A DNA stretch of 63,134 bases, counting the filler, from Octopus bimaculoides (taxonomy: Eukaryota): assembly GCF_001194135.2 (NCBI RefSeq). It is 4 parts of 4 records of this genome, joined end to end, with 100 filler letters (N's around TTAATTAATTAA, not from the genome) between each part and the next. Parts side by side here need not be neighbours in the genome. Positions count along the whole stretch, not along the records: positions 23,398 to 43,200 come from NC_068983.1; positions 43,301 to 60,177 come from NC_068985.1; 2 more parts are not named here. One strand, written 5' to 3'. This document shows positions 40,346 to 52,140 of the stretch, piece after piece. Position numbers and translations under genes: made by a program. Under the pieces are notes generated by a model. That model did no database searches. It saw nothing but the letters and a program-made list of their open reading frames with translations, and had not been told where the DNA came from. Each line of letters starts with the position of its first letter. Positions within the stretch are counted from its first letter, which is position 1.

Positions 40346-40720
40346 ATAGGCGCAAGAGTGGGTGAGAGGTAAGTAGCTTGCTTACCGACCACATCGCTCC
40401 AGGTTCAGTCCACTGCGTGGCACCTTGGGCAAATGTCTTCTACTATAGCCTTGGGCCGACCAAAGCCTTGTGAGTGGATCTGGTAGACGGAAACTGAAGG
40501 ACAGCTGTCATATATATATGTGTGTGTGTGTCTGACCATCCCCACCATCGCTTGACAACCGATGTTGGTGTGTTTACGTCCCCATAACTTAGCCGGTCGG
40601 TAAAATAGACTGATAGAATAAGTACTAGGCTTACAAAGAATAAATCCTGGGGTCGATTTGGTCGACTAAAGGCAGTGCTCCAACATGGCCGCGGTCAAAT
40701 GACTGAACCAAATAAAAGAA
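40346..40720 (+). mobile_element. Full-length SINE family A
   Basis: tRNA-like head, CORE-like caccttgggcaa block, internal (TA)(TG) tract, tail catggccgcggtcaaatgactgaa. Confidence 0.9.
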
Positions 40721-41690
40721 TATATACATACATACACACACACACGCGCACCCACACGCACGCACACACACACACACACATACACACACATATNNNNNNN
40801 NNNNNNNNNNNNNNNNNNNNNNNNNNNNNNNNNNNNNNNNNNNNNNNNNNNNNNNNNNNNNNNNNNNNNNNNNNNNNNNNNNNNNNNNNNNNNNNNNNNN
40901 NNNNNNNNNNNNNNNNNNNNNNNNNNNNNNNNNNNNNNNNNNNNNNNNNNNNNNNNNNNNNNNNNNNNNNNNNNNNNNNNNNNNNNNNNNNNNNNNNNNN
41001 NNNNNNNNNNNNNNNNNNNNNNNNNNNNNNNNNNNNNNNNNNNNNNNNNNNNNNNNNNNNNNNNNNNNNNNNNNNNNNNNNNNNNNNNNNNNNNNNNNNN
41101 NNNNNNNNNNNNNNNNNNNNNNNNNNNNNNNNNNNNNNNNNNNNNNNNNNNNNNNNNNNNNNNNNNNNNNNNNNNNNNNNNNNNNNNNNNNNNNNNNNNN
41201 NNNNNNNNNNNNNNNNNNNNNNNNNNNNNNNNNNNNNNNNNNNNNNNNNNNNNNNNNNNNNNNNNNNNNNNNNNNNNNNNNNNNNNNNNNNNNNNNNNNN
41301 NNNNNNNNNNNNTATAATATATATATAAAGAAATTATATTGTGTCTTATCTCAACATCTGTATCAAGAAGCCACGTGTTAGGTAATAATCATACTTAGTT
41401 TAACGTAATGGTATTTGAACTGAAAGAACAACTGCATGACTGGTTAAGTATACTCTTTGCTTCGCAGCCATATAGTTATGGGTTCTATCTCTCGTCGTAG
41501 CATCTTGGAAAATTGACTTTAACTTCAGGAAACTATTCCTGGTGATTGAAACTGGATAAACGGAAGATACGTGACAGCTTCTCAGATTGTAGTAAGCTAT
41601 AATTCAAATTCATATATTTTGTCATACGAATTCATCTTGAGAATTACTCTGAAGGTGTACATATCTACCTTATATTTAAATGCACACTTC

Positions 41691-41933
41691 GAAGTGAATG
41701 AAGACATTGATGGATCATTGAGAAGTTGCCTACAAATTTAATTCCAAAAATACACTTTCTGCTTTATTTTCATTATTATTGGTGTGACAGAGTATATAAC
41801 GACCAACATGAACTAAGGTATGACTGAATTTGGGTTCTTAGAGAAAGAACGTTGCGCCTCAATCCATACTTTACAGGTGGTCTCGTCATCTGGGCCAATA
41901 ACAATCTGCAAGACTTTAAAACTTAAAGAATAA
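41691..41933 (+). mobile_element. R4/Dong-like retrotransposon C-terminal fragment
   Basis: EVNEDIDGSLRSCLQI*FQKYTFCFIFIIIIGVTEY...EFGFLEKER...LQVVSSSGPITICKTLKLKE* aligns by eye with the 52921-53345 translation. Confidence 0.65.
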
Positions 41934-41969
41934 ATAAATGGTCCTGCAAACGCTGACAACATCAAGGAG

Positions 41970-42158
41970 TTATCTATGTATCATAGCGCAAATACACCGT
42001 TGATAGGCAAAATACTGCAGTTTCCGTCCAAGATAAACTGTCTTATGGACATTCCGTGTTAAAAACATGTATTTGCAGCCAGCCAGACACACAGATGAGA
42101 CTTTGCCGCTGATATAGGAAACAGTGAATAACACATTCACGGATATCACAAACAACTG
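41970..42158 (-). pseudogene. Candidate decayed exon (signal-peptide-like plus Cys-rich segment)
   Basis: Acceptor ttttattctcctcag, then open frame QLFVISVNVLFTVSYISGKVSSVCLAGCKYM...; no donor or neighbouring exon found. Confidence 0.2.
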
Positions 42159-43009
42159 CTGAGGAGAATAAAAGCTCTGTGTACGTAATTGAAGCAGTTA
42201 TTTAATTAGATACCCATCAATGTACCATACTTAATGTGTATACATCGTTGATGGGTAAGAGACTGCGGTTTCGTTCAAAATAAAATTTCTTAAAGGCGTT
42301 CTGTGTTAAAAATATTGTATATTGAAAGGAAACAATCCTGCCGCAAACGGCTAAAGAGAATGCCAGATGTATTTCGATATTTTTGGGCAGCATCAATAAC
42401 GCGGATATGATATCAGTTACATTCGTGGACGGTATTTGTTTCTTCCGATATAAGAAACAACGATTAAAGCCTTCACACGGACCGACTTAATATAAGCTCG
42501 GTGTGAGCAATTAAAGCAGCGTTTAATCAAACTAGCCATCTATATGTTATAGTTTGTTTTACACTGTGTCATACTGCTTCTGCTAGAGAGTTACATTAAC
42601 GATACAAGTGTCTGTGGAATACGCATCCATTTAGACGCTAATTTAATCTGTAGCTAGTTCAGTTGATTAAGTAACTGGATATTTATCGAATTAACGCGTG
42701 AGTGATTGAATATTCTACAGAATGAATCAGCATTACACACTGACAGGACTGGACTTGTGCTTTACGCATGCGATACATTCGGCGGTCTTCCTCACAGTTT
42801 CTGTCCTCCTACATAAGGCGACCTCATATCACAGTAAAAACACTTGACAAAAATGTCATGCAATCAATATACCAAAGGGTATGATTAAGAAACGAACATC
42901 TTCACCATTTGGCCGTACTGAACCTATGTATGTATGTATGTATGTATGTATGTATGTATGTATGTATGTACCTATGTACGTACGTATGTATGTATGTATG
43001 TATGTATGT

Positions 43010-43121
43010 TATTATTCAGTTTATTTCAAGATTTCTTGCCAATAGAAGAGAAAGAACTGGTTTCTAACCTAGGTCCAAGACTCCTTCATTGGAATTTCAA
43101 CATCAACAACAAGGTATTTTT
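43010..43121. repeat. ~110-bp repeat embedded in (TATG)n, copy 1
   Basis: Homologous to 53881-53990. Confidence 0.85.
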
Positions 43122-43200
43122 GTATGTTTGTTTGTTCGCTTGTTTGTATGTATGTATGTATGAGTAAGTTTGCATGTTTTATGTATGTATTCTCATGCAT

Positions 43201-43300
43201 NNNNNNNNNNNNNNNNNNNNNNNNNNNNNNNNNNNNNNNNNNNNTTAATTAATTAANNNNNNNNNNNNNNNNNNNNNNNNNNNNNNNNNNNNNNNNNNNN
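43201..43300. other. Artificial 100-bp assembly spacer
   Basis: 44 N + ttaattaattaa + 44 N. Confidence 0.9.
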
Positions 43301-43777
43301 TATATATATATATATATATATATACATACATACATACATACATACATACATACATACATACATACATACATACATACATGCATACATACATGCATACATA
43401 AATATACACACACACATACACATAGGTTACATACGTGCATGTATGTGTGGTTGTATAAGTATATTCAATTACTTAATTATTGTAATTTAATGTATGACAT
43501 TCTGCCAAAGTTGAAAATTATTTGATTCAATATTTTCAATATTCCGATATTTTTAACGAAGCTGAGGGAGATGTTTTAGACGAGTTGCTAGTGTGTCACG
43601 TGTGTGTAATTGCGTATACACACACACACACACGTATACATACACACGTATACATACACACATAGTACTTGTATTGGAATGTGTCTATGCATGGATATAT
43701 GATATATATTTGTGTGTGTAGTGTGTGTGTACGCACACATGTATATACATATGTATATATATACGTATGTATGTCTG

Positions 43778-43854
<77 letters not shown>

Positions 43855-43903
43855 GTATGTATGTGTGTGTGTATGTGTGCATGTACGTGTTTATGTTATG
43901 TGC

Positions 43904-43934
<31 letters not shown>

Positions 43935-44413
43935 TGTATGTGTTGGTGCGTACATATGTCAGTTTCTGAGTACATTTGTAATTCTGTGCGCCTGTGTTCG
44001 AGAGAAGTGTGTACAATGTTACGAAGAAACCAAATAAGGAAATGTGATAATGGTATGGAATTTCATAGTAAATCATCGAAAGACGAAGTGAAATTTTGAT
44101 ATAGAATCCGTGTTACTTCCAGAAGAGGCAACAGATGAAGCTATACGGAGAAATTAAATGAACATCAGCTTGACGAGAGGAAATAAATATGTCCAGGGGA
44201 ATTGATAAGTACGAATAAAACCGGTTGGTTGGAAGCTTGTCTCAAGCTGCTAATACAGTCCGCCCGGACTTAATTTCACGGCAATATTAAATATATATTC
44301 GATATGAGTTCTTATATTTATTTGTTCGAAGTCTTATGAAATTATCGACTGGCGATTGCTTATGTATCGTTATGTGGATGAGTTGTGTTATGAGTTTAAT
44401 ACATATTCAGTTA

Positions 44414-44571
44414 ACATTATTTACATTATTTACATTTGACGGATACTTGTCCTCGTCTTGTTTGCTGCTAAGTGCTAAGAAAACGTGTCGGCTGATATGC
44501 CCTCCGGCCTTCCTCAGCAACAAACAAGATGAGGACAAATATCCGTCAAATATAAATAATGTAAACAATGT
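44414..44571. repeat. Fold-back element with 59-bp arms
   Basis: 44414-44472 versus the reverse complement of 44513-44571: 53/59 identical, all differences transitions. Confidence 0.9.
44482..44517 (-). ncRNA. Hammerhead-like motif in the fold-back loop
   Basis: Sense sequence ctgagga-a-ggc cggagggcatatca gcc-gacac-gtt (GAAAC changed to GACAC). Confidence 0.55.
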
Positions 44572-44635
44572 ACATAATTCCTCATCTCTTAAATATAGAA
44601 CTGTAATATTTAGTTAAGTTTTCATAGATATAAAT

Positions 44636-44828
44636 GGCATTCCGTCGATAGCGACGGCCAGGGTTTCAGTTGATCCAATCAACAGCACATCCTGCTCGTA
44701 AAATTAACATGCTAGTGGTTGTGTACTCCACATACACGCTTACCTTTAACGTAGTTCTCAGGGAATTTCAGCCTGACACAAGGCTGGCCCTTTGAATTAC
44801 AGGTGCTCTATTTTGCCAGCTCAGAGGA
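44636..44828 (-). mobile_element. SINE family E, 3' part
   Basis: Reverse complement matches 44880-45007 plus 45355-45420. Confidence 0.75.
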
Positions 44829-44830
44829 TT

Positions 44831-45420
44831 GGCGGTGTGTTGTATCCTTCAGTAAGACACTTTATTTCACATAGCTCCGTTCCACTCAGCTGGCAAAAAT
44901 AAGTTGTGTCTGTATTGCAAAGGGACCAGCCTTGATACGTCCTGTTCCGCACTTAATCCCCCTGAGAACTACGTTAAGGGTACGCATGTCCGTTGATTCT
45001 TCAGCATGCGGAGACCCCTTTCGGTCATGAATGACGATGGGATTGCATCTACAAAGTTTCCCTCCGAGGCACAAGTCCAGGCAAGATTGTTTATGGGAGA
45101 CGAGCAGTCGCCCATGCATACCGGTCTCCCCTCTCCGTGCCATCGATGTGCCCCAAGAGAAAGGCAAAGGGGCCGATACAGCTTGGCACCAGTGACGTCG
45201 CAAGTCATTTCTACAGCTGAGTGAACTGGAGCAACGTGAAATAAAGTGTCTTGCTGAAGAACACAACACGCAGCTCGGTCCGGGATTCGAATTCACAACC
45301 TCATGGTCGTAAGCTCGTCGCTTTTACCACTGAGCCATGCGCCTTCTTCAGCATATTTCACGCTAATCTCACGACCAGGCTGTTCCGTTGATTGGATCAA
45401 CTGGGTCCCTTGTCTTCCCA
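44831..45420 (+). mobile_element. SINE family E interrupted by a nested SINE D
   Basis: Collinearity with the 44636 copy resumes at 45355 after the insertion. Confidence 0.75.
45008..45343 (-). mobile_element. Full-length SINE D with an 11-bp TSD
   Basis: tRNA-like head ggcgcatggctcagtggtaa...ttcgaatccc; TSD ttcttcagcat at 44997-45007 and 45344-45354. Confidence 0.9.
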
Positions 45421-45627
45421 ATATGACGTAAAAGAATTTGGGAAGGACATTAGGACGCTTAACCCGCTGAAACATGTGTCGGGTTAGAATTTAATGCGAG
45501 TAATATTGGACTAAATAATTTTTTAATACATTAATTCTCCTTTCTTCTTTATGATGTTTTAACTATATACCCTCTCTCTCCCTCTCTCTCTGTCTTTCTC
45601 TCTGATTATATATAAATAATAATATGT

Positions 45628-45685
<58 letters not shown>

Positions 45686-46719
45686 NNNNNNNNNNNNNNN
45701 NNNNNNNNNNNNNNNNNNNNNNNNNNNNNNNNNNNNNNNNNNNNNNNNNNNNNNNNNNNNNNNNNNNNNNNNNNNNNNNNNNNNNNNNNNNNNNNNNNNN
45801 NNNNNNNNNNNNNNNNNNNNNNNNNNNNNNNNNNNNNNNNNNNNNNNNNNNNNNNNNNNNNNNNNNNNNNNNNNNNNNNNNNNNNNNNNNNNNNNNNNNN
45901 NNNNNNNNNNNNNNNNNNNNNNNNNNNNNNNNNNNNNNNNNNNNNNNNNNNNNNNNNNNNNNNNNNNNNNNNNNNNNNNNNNNNNNNNNNNNNNNNNNNN
46001 NNNNNNNNNNNNNNNNNNNNNNNNNNNNNNNNNNNNNNNNNNNNNNNNNNNNNNNNNNNNNNNNNNNNNNNNNNNNNNNNNNNNNNNNNNNNNNNNNNNN
46101 NNNNNNNNNNNNNNNNNNNNNNNNNNNNNNNNNNNNNNTGCATGCATATATATGTTTGGATGGATGAATGTTTGTATGTGTGTGTGTATGTATGTATGTA
46201 TGTATGTATGTGTGCGTTTATATGCGTCAGCGCTCGTGTGTGTGTGTGTGTGTCTGTCTGTCTGTGTGTGGAGGGTGTAGGTGTGCAGTTATCTATTTAA
46301 CGGCAATGAATAAGACGTGTCTCTCCATTTTAATCTTAAGTAAAATTACTTGAGAACAAATTATATTTAAATATTTTCGCCCGAATAATAAAAGTCTGCT
46401 TGATAATAGAAAACGCGTATTTCGGCCATGGTTATGACATGGCTATTGCTCGAGGATATTCCGGACAGTGGCGAAGAGAGTGACAGAAATATGTTCTTAA
46501 TAATGATAATAACAATGATGATGGTGATGATGATGATGATGATGGTGATGATTTCAGAAGAACTGCATCCCGTTGTGTTTACTATTAACAACGACGGTGT
46601 CTGAAATGAATGAAACAAATGATACGCGACGAGGAAAAGCACAGATAATATTTGATAGGAAAATGGAAGAAATAAATCGTTTGAATGTAATGTATAGAAG
46701 GGTAGAAAGATAGAGAGAG

Positions 46720-46773
46720 AGGGAGAGAGTTAGATAGATACATACATACATACACACATAGACAGACAGAAAA

Positions 46774-46810
<37 letters not shown>

Positions 46811-46857
46811 TATAAACTCACACTCATACACATACACAGACAGACAGACAGACAGAC

Positions 46858-46912
<55 letters not shown>

Positions 46913-47095
46913 TAGACAGACAGACAGACAGACAGTCAGACAGATAGATAGACAGACAGATAGATAGATAGATACATACATACATACATAGAGAGATAGA
47001 TAGATAAATAGACAGACAGACAGAGACAGACAAATAGATAGATAGATAGATATATAGATAGATAGATAGATAGATAGATGGATAGATAGAAAAGG
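46720..47095. repeat. (TAGA)n/(CAGA)n/(CATA)n compound microsatellite
   Basis: Direct inspection. Confidence 0.95.
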
Positions 47096-47098
47096 TGT

Positions 47099-47472
47099 AT
47101 AGGCGTGGTTGTGTGGTAAGGAGCTTGCTTACCAACCACATGGTCCCGTGTTCAGTCCCACAGCTTGGCACCTTGGGCTAGTGCCTTCTGCTATAGCCTC
47201 GGACCAACCAAATCCTTGTGAGTGGATTTGGTGGAGGGAAACTGAAAGAAACCCGTCGTATATATGTGTATGTGTGTGCGCGCGTGTGTGTCTGTGTGTT
47301 TGTGTTTGTACCCCCACCATCGCTTGACAACCGATGTTGGTGTGTTCACGTCCTCGTAACGTAGCGGTTCGACAAAAGGGACCGAAAGAATAGGTACTAG
47401 GTTTGCAAAGAATAAGGCGATGCTCCAGCATGGCCGCAGTGAAATGAGTGAAACAATTAGAAGAATAAAAGA
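47099..47472 (+). mobile_element. Full-length SINE A
   Basis: Homologous to 40346-40720 throughout. Confidence 0.9.
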
Positions 47473-47939
47473 TTGTATCCATGTAGTTATGTATTCAAAA
47501 CCCTGTGGACTCGAGGTTATTTTAAAAGACACTAGCAGGGCAGTAGAATCGGACGCAGGAGCTCGTCATTACGAAAGGCCCTTTTAAATACTCCGCTATG
47601 CACGAACAACTACAAAGATGTAAGTTGTTATGTGCACAAACAAATATACGAATGTGATGTGTGTATGTTGTTATGTACGCAAATCATACGTGGATGTAGT
47701 GTATGTGTGTATATATCGCTATTTGCCCGAACAAACATATGCATTGACGAGGTGTGTTCTTCTTGTTATACAACCGAACAATTTTATATTTATACAGATG
47801 CAACAACTTCAACAACAACGCGCAAAAGATGAAACCTGTACGGGACTATTCACCCTGTCTAGAAATAACAACCAAACTGCATCATAGCCCCTTAAAAAAT
47901 TTAAAAAATAGGAAAAACACAATGGACAAATACCTTTTT

Positions 47940-48070
47940 ATCGTTTACTTGTTACAGTCATTCAACTGCGGCCATGCTGGAGCGCAGCATTGAAGAAAGA
48001 ATCGACCCCTGGCACTTATTTTTTAAAAGTCTCTTTTTGTTGAACCGCTAATATTACGGGACGTAAAAAC
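47940..48070 (-). mobile_element. SINE A 3' tail fragment
   Basis: cagtcattcaactgcggccatgctggagc...gaaccgctaatattacggggacgtaaa. Confidence 0.75.
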
Positions 48071-49278
48071 ATACCAAAAAACGTCCTAGATTTACAAAAC
48101 GTTGAGATGGTCATGGCCGTAACGTCTTTTCTTTTTGCTTTGTTTTGTAGCTCATCTCAATGAGGACTATCTCAGGGTTAAACAGTAACTGTATAAGAAG
48201 AACACAACCTGTAAAATATTGAGTCTGTAGACACCAGACTGAGGAAATATCCATTATATATTGACAAGTTAAAAGCTGTCAACTAAATATGCAACATTCT
48301 ATCGTTATTGAGTGAATAGATGACACGTGCAGTAACCAATTATTTCGTTTTCAATTCTACTACGTATTGGATTGTCTATTCCAATTTATTAATGGTATTA
48401 TGTCATTGATAGCTATGACGACGAGCAGAATATATGATAGAGAGAAGAAAAAGAGAGAGAGTATCGCTAGAGCCGGTGTTTTGTAACTTTAATAATAATA
48501 TATAACCATCTAGCAATCATTTCCATATGAATCTGAGACGCCATAGGTTCGCTAGACTATAGTTAAGTTAGTGTTAACACATTTAATGTGAGGAGCATTA
48601 AAAATATTAGCTAAAAATAATCATACAGTGAAGTGAAAACGGCTGTTGTCAATGAATTGTAATTTTTCTATCAAATATAGGAAACAGCACAAAACATTTC
48701 TAAACAATTCTATTTATATTCTATTTCTATACTCCATCTGGTGTATAATTTTTTAATACGTTTATTTTGTGTTTCTCGCGTCATTACTTCCATAATTATA
48801 GTGAAGTCTATGCTTCGTTGATGAGTCCATAACAAGGCCGAAACATTTCTGAAATTGCTTCCCATAATTGGTTAGTAATCAGTATTATTTTTTTACTCGC
48901 TTTAAATTATTTCTAGTCATTTTGTTATGCGCTCATTGCATTAAATATCTCGACACCAACTTTACTACAAATATTTAACAATATTAATTCAGTGAAATTA
49001 ATTCCTGGCGTCACGAATCTCCTTTATGCCGAGTTTAACTAAACATTTGAATAATACAATAAGATATTTTTCCATTATATTTCCAGTGACATCTTAGAGA
49101 CATCAGATCGCTGTAATTTAAAATTTACAACAAAAAGAAACATGTCGAGCCTCCAGGCAATCTACGTACTCTACGTTGACATCTCTTTATCCTCTCTCTC
49201 TTTCTTTCTCTCGCTCTTTCTCCTTCTATCCCCCTCTCTCTTTCTCTTTCTGTGTACGTATGTATGTACGTATATATA

Positions 49279-49348
<70 letters not shown>

Positions 49349-49932
49349 TCTGCTTATGCATCTGTCTGTCTTTATCTCTCACCCTCTCTCTTTCTTTCTC
49401 TCTCCCCTTGCACACACAATAATTTATTTAACTAGTCTCATTATAGACATAATACAATTTGATTTCCCATGCCACGGTAACCTGATTACCAGCGATGGAG
49501 GCATCAACAGCAGCAGCAGCAGCAGCAACAACAATGACAACTGTGGAAACACCGAAAGGCATTGACATCGTTATTGTTATTGTTATTAGCTTTTATTATT
49601 TTTTAAATGTCTCATTAGTATTTCAGACATATAATCAAAACATTATACTAAATAAGTTAGTTGTGTATATATTCTGTTCTCTAAACATTAGTCGCTAATT
49701 AGATGCCATAGTAACTCCAATTGAAGTTGGGGACATCATTAAATTGTATTTGAAGAATTTTCATCAGATTTAAAAGTTTTTCAAGTCCAGAGTTTCAAGC
49801 AGCACTCAGTATATATAGTCTTGTGTAAAATTGCTTGACAAATAGTTGTCTAAATATATTTCTTTCTATATATTTTATGTTAGTCGTCTTTTCCTTCTAA
49901 CGTTCAAACAACGGCATTTATCGGGGAGAATG

Positions 49933-50220
49933 GTTAAATATAGTAGCCATTTTAAATGCTTCCAGCAACCGGGGACTTGAAAGGGTTTAACTCAATGACA
50001 ACTGGATTTACAGGAGAGAGGGAAAAAAAAGTTATATATAGAAAGCTTTACAGGCGCTACCAATGAATGTGAACTTGAATAAGTTTATCTCATTGACAAT
50101 AGAATTTTAAGTTAACACGTTATATATAGCCGCCATTAAAAGTACTGCCAGCAACTTGAAAGAGTTGGTTCATTGACAAAAGGATTTTTAGATAGAATAG
50201 TTACATACAGTAGCCATTAC
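49933..50220. repeat. Diverged ~80-100-bp tandem repeat, about 3.2 units
   Basis: Units start at ~49933, 50031, 50119 and 50200 and share gtta(t/a)atatag, acttgaa and tca(a/t)tgacaa. Confidence 0.6.
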
Positions 50221-50467
50221 TAAGAATCATCAGTTGTAGGCTGGAAATAAGTTTACAAAGAAGGTGAAGTCGTTTAAGCTGAGTTCGATGTCAGGCGTTT
50301 CAGCAGAAATATAACACGAGATAAAAGACACAAACAAAATAGAAACGAAGTGAATCCTTTATTTAACATTCATGTCAGATATTACATCCTATCAGAACAA
50401 GATAAATATAAAGTGACTGGAGCTAAGGAAAAAATGTATGATAAATTTCATTAGCTTGTATCACGTG

Positions 50468-50588
50468 GAAGAAGAAGAAGAAGAAGAAGAAGAAGAAGAA
50501 GAAGAAGAAGAAGAAGAAGAAGAAGAAGAAGAAGAAGAAGAAGAAGAAGAAGAAGAAGAAGAAGAAGAAGAAGAAGAAGAAGAAGAAG

Positions 50589-50620
<32 letters not shown>

Positions 50621-50634
50621 GAAGAAGAAGAAGA
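50468..50634. repeat. (GAA)n trinucleotide repeat
   Basis: Direct inspection. Confidence 0.98.
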
Positions 50635-50767
50635 GTTGGCATGCATCAGAAAATATTTCATTTGTTTACAGATTGAAAAAAGATTTCCAGTTCAATTCTC
50701 CCACAAGCATTTTTGGTTAACAGTTTAGCAGTAATGAAGCTGATTATGAAGATTACGATGCTTACAT

Positions 50768-51155
50768 ATAGGCGAGGCTCGGCTATATGCTAAGAATATG
50801 GTGCCGAGTTCAGGTCCACTGCGTGGCACCTAGGGCAAGTGTCTTCTACTATAGCCTCGGATCGACCAAAGCCTTGTGAGTGGATTTAGTCGACGGAAAC
50901 TGAAAGAAGCTGGTTGTATCTGTGTGTGTATGTGTGTGTGTGTCTGTGTTTGTCCCCCCACCACCACGGCTTGACAACTGGTGTTGATGTATCTATGTCC
51001 CCGTAACATAGGGATTCGGCAAAAGGGACTGATGAAATAAGTATCAATCTTAATATAAAAACAAGCATTCGAGCCGATTCATTAGACTAAAATAATTCTT
51101 CAAGGTAGTGCCCCAGCATGGCTGTAGTCTAATCACTGAAACAAGTAAGAGAATA
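50768..51155 (+). mobile_element. SINE A, diverged
   Basis: ctgcgtggcacctagggcaagtgtcttctactatagcc ... ccccagcatggctgtagtctaatcactgaaacaagtaa. Confidence 0.85.
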
Positions 51156-52049
51156 GAAATAAAAAATATATATTCAAACTTGTTCCATTGGCAAGGAAAG
51201 CTACCTCTTGTTATAGTTTCAATGCTATCCATATTATTCGAAATTTTCCAAAACGAAAGCAAAACTGATGTTAGTTGTGAGAGAAACTAGATATAATTTA
51301 TGCAGATATAGATTTTCCCGATTCGTCAGAAAAAAATACGCTGATAAAATCGATATTCCTATCTTAAACATCTACATTTTTATTTCCTTTACTTAAAAAA
51401 GAATGATCTTGATTGTTCAGCCTAATGACAAAACAGATTACTGTGAAGGTCGATTCCAAAAGCAGGAAAAGTATCGTAAGTTAGCTAGGCATTCTATAAT
51501 ACATTCAACAGAACTAAACAGCAAATAAAAATGGCTGAATACTGAATATTTGATACAGTGGTGTCATCCATTGTTGTTATAACTCACAACTTCCATGAAA
51601 ACTAGTCGAGAGACGCCATTTTATATTTTAACAATGTCATGGCCTTCTAAGATAATTTTTCGCTGTCAGAAAAATAAAGTAAGCCATCTGTAAATTATAT
51701 CATGATTATATATACAATGCATTATTTAAAATATTTTCTTTATAATAATGAATATGATTTGCTAAAATCTTGACATTTTTTCTCGGTGCAATTTCTATTT
51801 TGTTCTGTATTTTGTTTTTTTGTTTTTTTTTATCACAATTAAGCATTATTTTATTGATAAAATAATAAAACCCGTAAGAAATAAAGAGATGGTATGTTCT
51901 TCGTTAATAGCCTTGAATTAAAGAATATATATTAACAAGAATATTGGTAGTTAAATGGGGGAAATGTTAAGCCCCGTAGTAATAAATGTTTTCTCGATAT
52001 TGTGTCTACTGTACAAAAAGAAACCATTCACGATATATATATATATTTG

Positions 52050-52140
52050 ACCGTTGACTGAACACTATTCAATTTTTTTTCTCCGTGTTTTTCTCCTTGT
52101 CTCCGTATTCTTTCTGTTGAAGAGCGTAGCTCGAAACGTC
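52050..52140 (+). mobile_element. Penelope-like terminal repeat with hammerhead motif (CUGUUGAA core), cut by a gap
   Basis: cttt-ctgttgaa-gagc gta gctc-gaaacgtc at 52110-52140. Confidence 0.55.

Noticed and set aside
48125-48190. Strong polypyrimidine acceptor with a short exon-like segment
   Set aside because: It appears to lie within a SINE-tail-like repeat (similar to 26260 and 55860) and has no convincing donor or protein motif.
50438-50728. Poly-Glu ORF
   Set aside because: Pure (GAA)n microsatellite.
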